NCBI GenBank assembly: GCA_963773925.1
Contig: CAVZDC010000012.1
Coordinates: 128,553 to 192,552 of the forward strand
Source: Pirellulales bacterium
Lineage (GTDB): Bacteria > Planctomycetota > Planctomycetia > Pirellulales > JADZDJ01
Length of the DNA: 64,000 bases
Direction: 5' to 3'
Shown here: positions 11,931 to 21,289 of the stretch, piece by piece
Layout: each line of letters begins with the position of its first letter
Numbering within the stretch: position 1 is the stretch's first letter
Notes under the pieces: model-generated
Seen by the model: only the letters and a program-made list of their open reading frames with translations
Database searches by the model: none
Told to the model about the DNA's origin: nothing
Translations under genes and position numbers: made by a program

Positions 11931-12801
11931 ATGCCCATCCTCGGTGCTCATCAATCGATTGCCGGCGGGTATTACAAGGCCGTGGAGCTGGCCGCCGAGA
12001 TCGGCTGCCAGTGCGTGCAGTTGTTCACCAAGAACAACAATCAGTGGCGGGCCAAGGCGCTCACGGACGACGATGCAACGAAGTTTCAAGAGGCGCTGGC
12101 GCGCTTAAAGATCGCGCATCCGCTGGCGCACGATTCGTATCTCATCAATCTGGCCGCGCCGGATGAAGCGCTGTGGCAAAAATCGCTCGAAGCGTATGCC
12201 GTCGAACTGTTGCGGGCCGAGCATTTGGGCATTCCATACGTGGTGATGCATCCCGGCTCGTTCACCACCAGCAGCGAAGAAGCGGGGCTGAAGCGGATCG
12301 TCACGGCGCTGGATGAAGTGCACGACAAAGTTGGGAAATTGAAGGTGAAGACGCTCTTGGAAAACACAGCGGGGCAGGGCAGTGCACTCGGCTGGCGATT
12401 CGAACATCTGGCCGCGATTCTCGGCGGCGTGAAGCAGTCCGATCGATTGGCCGTTTGCATCGACACCTGCCACCTGCTGGCCGCCGGCTATCCGATCAGC
12501 ACGCCGAAAGATTACGAAGCGACGATGAGCCGAACTCGACAAAGTGATCGGCCTGAAACTGGTGAAGGCCATCCACCTGAACGACAGCAAGAAAGACCTG
12601 GGCTCGCGCGTCGATCGCCACGAACACATCGGCCAGGGAAAAATCGGCCTGGAAGGATTCCGGTTGTTATTGAACGATCCGCGCTTTGCCGAAGTGCCGA
12701 TGTATTTGGAAACGCCCAAGGAAAACGAAAAAGGCGAGCCCGACGGCGCGCGCCTGGACAAGATGAACTTGGCAACGCTGCGCAGCTTGGTTGCCAAGTA
12801 A
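11931..12801 (+). CDS. nfo: Endonuclease IV (frameshift near 12530)
   Basis: ORF 11910..13286 N-terminal part ([19 protein letters not shown]...YVVMHPGS...LLENTAGQG...[12 protein letters not shown]) continues in ORF 12544..12801 ([28 protein letters not shown]). Confidence 0.85.
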
Positions 12802-12804
12802 AGC

Positions 12805-12839
12805 GCAGAAGGCGAAACTCGAAACCCGAAACTCTAACC
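12805..12839. repeat. Direct array of five heptamers: GCAGAAG GCGAAAC TCGAAAC CCGAAAC TCTAACC
   Basis: Read directly. It fills the 32-nt gap between the convergent nfo stop (12801) and mntH stop (12834..12836) and contains the mntH stop codon. Confidence 0.7.
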
Positions 12840-14244
12840 GCCCGCGATCACCGACCACGCACTCTGCAGCGCCGCGGGCAGCCCGTAAAGGTCCAGCGCG
12901 GTAATCAAAATCGCCGAAGCCCAGCCGGCAGCCAGCAAGAACCAACCGTTGGCGTTCGCGCCCATCCGCTTCTTGGAACTGGTGAAATGCAACAGCGGGA
13001 ACATGGCCAACGGCAGTTGCATGGCCAGCACCACCTGGCTCAGCACCAACAGGTCGGTCACGCTGCTTTCGCCGCGGATGCCGATGATCAGAATCGCCGG
13101 AATGATGGCAATCGAGCGGGTGATCAATCGCCGCACCCAGGGCTGAATGCGCCAATGCATGAAGCCTTCCATCACCACCTGCCCGGCCAAGGTGCCGGTG
13201 ATGGTGCTGCTTTGCCCGCTGGCCAACAGGGCCACGCCAAACAACACGCTGGCCAGGGTGGTGCCCAACAGCGGCGCCAGGGTTAAATAGGCGTCGCGAA
13301 TCCAGTCGGACTGCCCGTTGAAGGCCACGTATTGCCCACCGGCAATCTCAACTCCCTCTTTGCCGTAGAACACCATTGCCGCCAGCACCAGGATCGCCGC
13401 ATTGATCAAAAATGCGATCGACAAGGCGACGACCGTATCGACCGAGTTGAAGCGAATCGCCCGGCGCGTCGATTTCGGATCGGGCCGCAGCTTCCGCGAT
13501 TGAACCAAGGCCGAATGCAGGTACAGATTGTGCGGCATCACGGTGGCGCCGATGATGCCGATGGCGACCACAATCATTCCGTTCTCGCGGAAACCCGGCG
13601 TGAGCAGCGCCCGGCCCATCTCCAAGAAGCTGGGCTGCGGTTTGCGGCAGCACGAAAATCTCGATGAAGTAACAACCGCCGATCGTGGCCACCAGCGCGA
13701 GGATCACGGCCTCGATGAAGCGCATGCCAAAGCCCTGCAGCGTGAGCAATAGCAGCACGTCGAACGCGGTAATGCACACGGCCCACAACAGCGGAATGTG
13801 AAACAGCAAATTGATGGCCACGGCGCTACCCAGCACTTCGGCCAGGTCGCAGGCGGCGATGGCCCCTTCGCACATCAACCAATTGGGCCAGCGCGTCCAG
13901 CGGGGATAAAAATCGCGGCAGGCCTGCGCCAAATCCTTTCCAGTCACGATGCCCAGCTTCGCCGAGGCAATCTGCATGAAGATGGCCATGATGCTGGAAG
14001 CTGCCACCACCCACAGCAGTCCGTATCGATAGGCCGCTCCGCCTTGCAGATCGGTGCCCCAATTCCCGGGATCCATGTAGCCGACGCTTACCAACAGCGC
14101 CGGGCCGGCGAAGGCGCGCAACTGCCGCCAAAAGCCCGCGCCGTTGTGCGGCACAGGAACGGTGCTGTGCAGGCCTTCTAGCGACCGGGCCGGCGCATGG
14201 CCATTAGTCGTGCGGCAAGTCGCTCGCCTGCCTCGGTTCGGCAA
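12834..14244 (-). CDS. mntH: Nramp-family divalent metal (Mn2+/Fe2+) transporter (frameshift near 13640; a possible upstream ATG at 14266 would need another slip)
   Basis: ORF 13348..14244 (LLVSVGYMDPGNWGTDLQGG, the DPGN motif) joined to ORF 12834..13625 (GATVMPHNLYLHSALVQSR; many TM segments). Confidence 0.9.
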
Positions 14245-14329
14245 TAAGTTCTTGAACAGTCGTCATCTAAGCCGCGCAGTGTACAAAGCCATTTCCTTCG
14301 ATCAAACGCGGCGAATTGCTACCAACAAA

Positions 14330-14345
14330 AATCAATATTTTGATT
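14330..14345. promoter_or_regulatory. AT-rich inverted repeat AATCAA-TATT-TTGATT upstream of mntH (candidate metalloregulator operator)
   Basis: Read directly. It sits in the only AT-rich stretch of the 14267..14459 intergenic region, about 85-100 nt upstream of the mntH start candidates. Confidence 0.3.
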
Positions 14346-14459
14346 CGTCAAAATTATGGATGAAACATGAGACGAAGTCAAGCGTAATCCGAGAAAAATG
14401 CTAGACTACCCCTAAAGGGTGGTCAGCCACCGACAGGCCATTGCAGGATAGCGGTTATC

Positions 14460-15639
14460 TTAGAACCGGGCCGTTGCACCGGCGCCGGCGAAGAAATCTG
14501 GGGCGGCCTCGTTCAGCCCCACCCGGTTTCGACGTCGAGTTGCAAGTTGTTGGTGATCGGGAAGATGAAGCCGCCGTCGGAATTCTGCTGCGTTCTTTCG
14601 ATGGTTCGGCCGGTCGGCGCGGTCATGTACCACTCGATGTACGTTTCAAAATGCTTGGTCCAGTGATACTGCACGGCGATCGACTGGTCGAATTCGGTGA
14701 AAATGTTTTGATCCTCGTCGCGGCGGCGGAACAGATCGGTGCTCATTTCGACTTCGAACTTCTTCGTTGACCTCCCACGCATAGGCCCAAATGATGCCCG
14801 GCATAACGCCGTTTTCGGTGATGTCTGGGACTGCCCGAGGGCACCGAAGATCGAAGGAATAATTCCCATCGCCGGCAGAATGCCTTCTTGCGGCGTCAGG
14901 CAAAGTTTTGAAGCCCAGCAATAGATCTTCGCTGCCGCTGGCGTGCAGTCGCGTGGGCGGCAGCGGACCGTTCGAAATGGTGTCGTTGATAATGTCGTAG
15001 TTATATTCGATGCGCCATTCGAACCATTCGGCAAACATGCCGATCCGCCACAAAGTATCGGGAAAAGCGTGAAAGGTTTGCACGTCGCCGGCGTGGTGAT
15101 CGAGAAAGAATTCGTAGCCGCTTTCCAATTGCACCACGCCTTTGCCGACCGTGACGGGCGATTCGGTGAAATCGGGCCGGTCGCTTTCCAGCGGTTCGTC
15201 CATGCCGGGCGGCCCGCCGGAAAACGTGGTGCCGTAGCTCCACTGCATCAGCGTTTTGCGAGGCTTGCAGGGATCGGGCCCGTAGTGGATTTTCTTCTCG
15301 TCGTCGTCGTCTTTATCGCCTTTGTTGTCGTCATCGCCGCTTTTCCCATTGTCGTCGTCGGCCTCCTCCGAGGCGGCCCCTGCTTCGGACGGGCAGGCAT
15401 TTTCCTTCTGGGCACGTGCAATTCCGGCGGATTGTCGTGCAGGTAGAAAAACATCAGGCCAGGATTGCCAGCGACAGCGTTGTTCTGGTCGGCGTGACCA
15501 ATGATGGGTAGCAGCATGAAAACAACCCAGGCGGCCAGCGCGCCGAGAAGCGCGCAGGTCTGGCTTGCAAGGGCGAACTGCTAGACCGGCCGACCATTGT
15601 TCCCTCCGTGGAACGCATGCCCAGGCAGGAGTGGGGCAC
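14460..15639 (-). CDS. Outer-membrane beta-barrel protein, MetA-pathway/phenol-degradation-like transporter family, with an acidic D/E-rich insert (at least 4 frame switches; start uncertain)
   Basis: Pieces: ALLGALAAWVVFMLLPIIGHA (signal-like), EEADDDNGKSGDDDNKGDKDDDDEKK, LESDRPDFTESPVTVGKGVVQLESGYEF, IAVQYHWTKHFETYIEWYM. After a final slip the tail is NEAAPDFFAGAGATARF-stop, a C-terminal Phe typical of OM barrels. Confidence 0.55.
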
Positions 15640-15924
15640 GCCAGCAAGATGTCCTGCAGGCCCGCAGCTCCGCCGCCGCCTGAGAATCCTCGACTGTAAT
15701 TGGCCTCGGCAGCCGGGCCGGTGCGACTGGGATGTTTAATCCGTAAAATCAAGCTTATTTCGCCGCGTAACCTCTGAATATGGCAAGAGTTTCCGACGGC
15801 GAAACAGTTGACCACCGGTGAATCGACGGGTAGATTTATTAGGCACTTGTGTGGCGCGTTTCTAGCATCCGGCGGGGGCTTTGATCACGCGGATCACCAT
15901 TCCCCAGGGAAGGGGCCTATCTCT

Positions 15925-16500
15925 ATGGCCCTGACGTACTTCAAACGTTTCCGGATGGAAATCGACCTGCGCGGTCGTGATTTCTCGAGTATCCCCCTGC
16001 CCCAGCGATGTCAGTTCGTTCCTTGGCATTCGTCGCTTTTGGAGACCCACGCCGAAACGAAATACATGAGCTTTCGGGCCGAACTGGATTCCAACGTGTT
16101 TCCCTGCCTGGGCGAATACAGCGGATGCGTGCGGCTGATGGAGGAAATTGCCGGCAAGCCGGGCTTTCTGCCTGAAGCCACCTGGCTGTTGAGCTGCACG
16201 AGCGATCCGGCCGGCCCGGACGCCTTTTGCGGCCCAGTGTATTGCGGAACCGTGCAAGGCGTGATCGATCGCAGCGGAATGGGGGCGATTCAAAATCTGG
16301 GGATCGTGCCGGAATATCGCCACCAGGGCTTAGGCTCGGCCTTGATGCAGCGGGCACTGGCCGGCTTCCAGCAGGCGGGCTTGCGGCGGGTTTTTCTGGA
16401 AGTCACGGCCCAAAACTCCGGCGCCGTGCGGCTCTACCGGCGGCTGGGTTTCGCCAAGTCCCGCACCGTCTACAAGGTGGCCGACATTGCTTACGTGTAG
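15925..16500 (+). CDS. GNAT family N-acetyltransferase
   Basis: ATG 15925 inside ORF 15808..16500: ...IQNLGIVPEYRHQGLGSALMQRALAGFQQAGLRRVFLEVTAQNSGAVRLYRRLGF, the acetyl-CoA binding motif. Confidence 0.7.
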   Translation: MALTYFKRFRMEIDLRGRDFSSIPLPQRCQFVPWHSSLLETHAETKYMSFRAELDSNVFPCLGEYSGCVRLMEEIAGKPGFLPEATWLLSCTSDPAGPDAFCGPVYCGTVQGVIDRSGMGAIQNLGIVPEYRHQGLGSALMQRALAGFQQAGLRRVFLEVTAQNSGAVRLYRRLGFAKSRTVYKVADIAYV

Positions 16501-16557
16501 TGCGGTGCGATAATCTTAGCGTCGCTGCCACGCCTTTCAGGGCGTGCCACCCGATGG

Positions 16558-17835
16558 TTGGCGATTCACCTACGGAGAGGAACCAGAGTTTTGGCCCAGA
16601 CCATTCTTTCCCACGAATTCGACAATGGCCTGATTCTGGTGGCCGAGCCCATGGCGGCGGTCGAATCGGCGGCGTTCACCATTTTGACCCCCGCCGGCGC
16701 GGTGCACGATCCGCCCGATCGCTGCGGCCTGGCCACGGTAACCGCTGAAATGATGCTGCGCGGCTCTGGCTCGCGCAACAGCCGCCAGTTCGTCAGCGAT
16801 TTGGAAAACCTGGGAGTGCAGCGCGGCGAATCGGTTTCGTCGGCGCATGTGAGCTTGGGCGGGGCGACGCTGGCGAAAAATCTGCCCGCCGCGCTGCGAA
16901 TTTATGCCGACCTGCTGCGCAGGCCGCATTTGCCGCCGGATCAACTCGACGCCAGCCGGGCAGTGGCGATTCAAGAGCTGCATGCGATCGAAGACGACCC
17001 CAGCCACAAGGTGATGCTGGAACTGAAGCGGCGGCATTACCCGACCCCTGGGGCCGCCCTAGCGAGGGCGAGGTGCCGGCACTGGAAGCGATCGACGATC
17101 GACGAAGTGCGCAGGCATTATCAGCGGCTGTTTTCCCCCAAGTGGTTCGATCCTGGGCGTAGCCGGGCGCATCGATTGGCCGTCGCTGAAGGATCTGATC
17201 GGCGAATTGTTTTCCGATTGGAAGCCGCTTCCGCAAAGTTGAGCCCGTCGACGGCACGAGTGGACCGGCAATCGAACACTTGGCCCATGAATCGAATCAA
17301 ACGCAAATCGGCATCGCTTACGCCAGCGTGCCTTATCGCCATCCCGATTATTTCGAGGCCTCCGGCGCGGTGGGGGTGCTCAGCGGCGGCATGAGTTCGC
17401 GGCTGTTCACCGAAGTGCGCGAAAAGCGCGGCCTGTGCTACACCGTCTACGCCAGCTATCACACCCAGCGCGATCGGGCCTGCGTGCTGTGCTACGCCGG
17501 CACCAGCGCCGATCGGGCCCAGGAAACATTGGACGTCACGCTGGGCGAACTCAAGCGATTATCCAAGGGCGTGTTGACCGAGGAATTCGACCGACTTGAA
17601 AGCCCGCGTGAAAAGCGGCCTGATCATGCAAGGCGAGTCCAGCTCGGCCCGCAGCGCGGCCATTGCCCGCGATTGGTATCATTTGGGCCAGGCACGAACG
17701 CTGGAAGAAATCGGCCGCCTGGTCGATGCGCTGACGGTGCAGGGAATCAACGAATATCTGGCAGAAAATCCGCCGCGAGATTTTACCGTGGTGACGTTGG
17801 GGCCGACCGCACTGAAGGTAAAATCGGCCGCATGA
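16558..17835 (+). CDS. M16 (pitrilysin) family peptidase subunit lacking the HxxEH motif (several frameshifts)
   Basis: ORFs 16558.., 17280..17870 and 17596..17835: FDNGLILVAEPMAAVESAAFTILTPAG..., YFEASGAVGVLSGGMSSRLFTEVREKRGLCYTVYA, ...DFTVVTLGP. No zinc-binding HxxEH seen. Confidence 0.75.
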
Positions 17836-17846
17836 CATTCATACAG

Positions 17847-17865
17847 CCGCGACCGCTGGTCGCGG
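17847..17865. other. Perfect 8-bp stem-loop CCGCGACC-gct-GGTCGCGG between the two M16 genes
   Basis: Read directly. It lies in the 46-nt intercistronic gap. Confidence 0.5.
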
Positions 17866-17881
17866 GATAGACGAAATCGCT

Positions 17882-19122
17882 ATGAAATTTGAAACCGCCA
17901 CGCTAGATAACGGGCTGCAAATCGTCGCCGAGTGCAATCCCGGCGCGTATTCCACGGCCCTGGGTTTCTTCGTGAATACCGGGGCGCGCGACGAGACCGA
18001 CGCCGTCTCCGGCGTCAGCCATTTCCTGGAACACATGATGTTCAAGGGCACGCCCACGCGCAGCGCCGACGACGTGAATCGCGAGTTCGACGAAATGGGC
18101 GCCCATTACAACGCCTTCACCAACGAAGAGAACACGGTGTACTACGCCGCCGTGCTGCCGGAATATCAGGAACGTTCCGTCGAGCTGCTGGCCGACATCT
18201 TGCGCCCGTCGCTGCGCGAAGCCGATTTCACCACCGAAAAGCAGGTGATCTTGGAAGAGATCAAGATGTACGAAGATCAGCCGCCGTTCGGCGCCGACGA
18301 CAAAATCCGGGCGGCGTTTTTCGGCCAGCATCCGCTGGGGCGCAGCGTGCTGGGCACCGCGGCCAGCGTCGGCGGCTTGAGCGTCGATCAGATGCGCGGC
18401 TACTTCGACAACCGTTACAGCCCGGGCAACATTTCGCTGGTCGGCGCGGGCAAAATCGATTTTGCCGAGCTGTGCCGCACCGCCGAAAAAGTCTGCGGCA
18501 AGTGGCGGCCGCGTCGCCGCCACGCGCAAGCTGCCGGGCGCCTCGCCCAACGGCGGTTTTCACGTGATCCATAAAGACACCGCCACCCAGGAATATGCCC
18601 TGGTGATGTGTGCCGGCCCGACGGCCGTCGATCCCGATCGTTACGCCGCCAAATTGCTGGCCACGGTGCTGGGGGACGAAACCGGCAGCCGGTTGTATTG
18701 GGAACTGGTCGATTCAGGGCTGGCGGAACATTGCAGCCTGCATCATCACGATTATCTGGATGCCGGCGTATTTTTCACGTACATCAGTTGCGATCCGGAG
18801 CACGCCGAAGAAAATCTGCGCCGCATCCGCAAGGTTTACGCTCAGGCGGAGACGGACGGCGTCACGCAAGCGGAACTCGATCAGGCGAAAAACAAAATCA
18901 ACTCCCGCGTGGTGCTTTCCAGCGAACGGCCGCGCGGGCGGCTGTTCACCGTCGGCGCGAACTGGATTCAGCGGCGCGAATACCGCAGCGTGCGCGACGA
19001 TCTGGACGCCGTAGAAAAAATCACGCTGGCCGACCTGGCCGCCGTGTTAAAGAAGTTTCCGCTGACCAACTCCATCACCTTCGCCGTCGGCCCGCTGGAG
19101 AAGATTGCTCGCGCCGGTATAG
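17882..19122 (+). CDS. M16 family zinc peptidase with HxxEH (frameshift near 18500; 3' end uncertain)
   Basis: ORF 17882..18574 has GVSHFLEHMMFKG and NAFTNEENTVYY. It continues in ORF 18462..19445 (FHVIHKDTATQEYALVMC...LADLAAVLKKFPL...FAVGPL). No stop in that frame before acyP; the nearest alternative-frame stops are at 19120 and 19166. Confidence 0.75.
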
Positions 19123-19220
19123 GTTTCGTCCGCCCCTGGATGCCTTGGCGGAAGGCTGTTTATACTGAAGCGTGTAACGCGGCTCCAGCAGGCGTCGCAC
19201 CTTACTCGGGAGATTGGCAC

Positions 19221-19512
19221 GTGTCGGCTGCCGGGCAACAGCGTCGCACGGTGTATTACACGGGCCGGGTGCAGGGGGTTGGTTTTCGGTACACGGCCCG
19301 CAGCCTCGCCCAGTCGTTCGCCGTCGACGGGAATGGTGCGAAACCTGGACGACGGCCGGGTGCTGTTGGTCGCCGAGGGAACCGCAGACGAACTCGACCG
19401 ATTTCTGACCCAGGTGTACGAGCAAATGAATCGGTACATTCGTAAAGTAGATGTGAGCACTTCGGCGGCCACCGGCGAGTTTGACGATTTTGGCATTGAA
19501 ACCGGATACTGA
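19221..19512 (+). CDS. acyP: Acylphosphatase (frameshift near 19325)
   Basis: GTG 19221: VSAAGQQRRTVYYTGRVQGVGFRYTARSLAQSFAVDG, then ORF 19279..19512: ...VRNLDDGRVLLVAEGTADELDRFLTQV. Confidence 0.75.
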
Positions 19513-19550
19513 TTGATAACCACCAACTCGCGATTCTGCTAAACCGCCAG

Positions 19551-19568
19551 CGCGGTGCAAGCACCGCG
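19551..19568 (+). other. 8-bp stem-loop CGCGGTGC-aa-GCACCGCG after acyP (no U-tract)
   Basis: Read directly. Confidence 0.35.
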
Positions 19569-19582
19569 GCCAAATACGATTC

Positions 19583-21142
19583 ATGATCTTTCGCGGTTTC
19601 CCACCGATCCTGCTGGCCGACCTCACCGCCTGGCTCACGCCGATGTGGCTGTTTGGCTTGGGCTGCCTCGTGGGCCTCGTGGTGCTGGCAATCCTTTACG
19701 GGCTGGCGAAACTGCTTGCCCCGCGGGTGGCGGAAATCGCCGAGGGAACCTGGCGCGAAGGATTTGTGTTCCCGGTGTTGTGTCTGGCCGGCGGATTGGG
19801 GGCCTTTGCGCTCGTTTCGTTGTTGCTGTCGGCTGCGGGCGTGGGCTACTTGCCGCTGGCCGACATCAGTCGGTCGCTTTCGCGGCTGCCGCGCTCGAAT
19901 CAATTCAGCACGGAGATTACCGTGCCGGCGTTGCCGATCGATCAGCGCGGCAAGGCGCAAGAATTTCCGCTGCCGTATCGCTCGCAGGAGATGCGCGGCG
20001 TCGAAATCACCAGCAATCAAGACTTAACGATCTACCTGCGGAGTCCGTATACATATTCCTCCGGCGCACTGGTGGAAAAAATCGAGCTGAATAAGAACGA
20101 GCCCTGGAAGTGGCCCAATCCCGACGAGCGAGGCCGCACGGCCGCAAGCAATCCGTTCGGCGGCCGCACCGCCACCGTGTATGCGTTGAACCTGACCGAT
20201 CAGCCGGTCAAGCTGCAAATTTCCGGCCTCACTCGCGAAGAATATCCGGAGGTTGCCGTCGTGCCGTACACGGCGGCCAGCCTGGTGGGCCTGATGCTGG
20301 TGTATTTTCTGATGCGGTTAGGCATGCCCAAGGTAATGGCCGTGGCATCGGTCACCTCGAAGGAAGCTGTGGCGCAGCCGCTGTATCAGGTGGTGATGGC
20401 GATCGGAATCTTTGCGCTCATCGCGTTCATTTTCATTCCCTACAACACCTTCGGCGAAGACGTGAAGATGCTGAAAATGGGCGCGCTGGAATGGATCATG
20501 GCGCTTACCCTGGTCGTGGCGGCATGGACGGCCAGCGTCGGCGTATCGGAAGAAATCGAAGGCCGCACCGCGCTCACGGTGCTTTCCAAACCGATCGGCC
20601 GCATTCAATTCTTGTTGGGCAAGTTTCTCGGCGTGGTGCAGTCGGTGGCGCTGATGTATCTGTTCCTGGGGGCGGTGTTTCTGCTGACCGTATCGGGCAA
20701 GGTGGTTTACGACGTGCGCGAGGCGGTGCTGCCCGATGCCTCCTGGACCGATTGCTACGCGGAAATCGCCGGCATTGTGCCGGGGCTGACGCTGGCCTTC
20801 TTCGAGACGGTGGTGCTCACCTCGATCAGCGTGGCCATTTCCACGCGGCTTTCCATGCTGCCGAACCTGCTGATTTGCTTCTCGATTTACGCCTTGGGAA
20901 ACCTGGCCCCGATGCTGGTTCAGGCCAAAGTGAACGATCCTTACGGCATCGTGCATTTCGTGGGGCAGTTGTTCGCCACGGTGCTGCCGGTGCTGGAAAA
21001 CTTCAACGTTCAGGCGCCTATTTCGGCGGGACGGGAGGTGCCTTTGGCATATCTGGGCTGGGCGTTGTTATACTGCATAATGTACAGCACGGTGGCCATG
21101 CTCGTGGCCCTGGTGCTGTTCGAGGACCGAGATTTGGCGTGA
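19583..21142 (+). CDS. Polytopic membrane protein with ABC-2-type permease-like C-terminal half
   Basis: Uninterrupted ORF of 519 aa. Two N-terminal TM helices, an extracytoplasmic domain of about 150 aa, then 6 or more TM helices (VSEEIEGRTALTVLSKPIGRIQFLLGKFLG is typical of ABC-2 permeases). Confidence 0.5.
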   Translation: MIFRGFPPILLADLTAWLTPMWLFGLGCLVGLVVLAILYGLAKLLAPRVAEIAEGTWREGFVFPVLCLAGGLGAFALVSLLLSAAGVGYLPLADISRSLSRLPRSNQFSTEITVPALPIDQRGKAQEFPLPYRSQEMRGVEITSNQDLTIYLRSPYTYSSGALVEKIELNKNEPWKWPNPDERGRTAASNPFGGRTATVYALNLTDQPVKLQISGLTREEYPEVAVVPYTAASLVGLMLVYFLMRLGMPKVMAVASVTSKEAVAQPLYQVVMAIGIFALIAFIFIPYNTFGEDVKMLKMGALEWIMALTLVVAAWTASVGVSEEIEGRTALTVLSKPIGRIQFLLGKFLGVVQSVALMYLFLGAVFLLTVSGKVVYDVREAVLPDASWTDCYAEIAGIVPGLTLAFFETVVLTSISVAISTRLSMLPNLLICFSIYALGNLAPMLVQAKVNDPYGIVHFVGQLFATVLPVLENFNVQAPISAGREVPLAYLGWALLYCIMYSTVAMLVALVLFEDRDLA

Positions 21143-21289
21143 GGATGCCGCGCTTTTTGACGGAGCGAGTTCAGCGCGATGGATGTCCGATCCGAACCCG
21201 GCCGCGTCCGGGTGATGGAAGCGGATCGACGGTCGTTGGTGCTTATCTTTGAATCCAGTCAAATTGCTCCATCACGGCTTCTTTCCTGC

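Noticed and set aside
14267-14459. Mn-sensing riboswitch (yybP-ykoY type) in the mntH leader
   Set aside because: I could not find the paired four-helix layout or its conserved loops. The region is better explained by a promoter with an AT-rich operator-like palindrome.
18462-19445. Apparent M16 peptidase-acylphosphatase fusion ORF (327 aa)
   Set aside because: The linker translation (..ARAGIGFVRPWMPWRKAVYTEACNAAPAG..) looks non-coding. acyP has its own GTG start at 19221. Given the indel density, a lost stop or frameshift is the simpler explanation.
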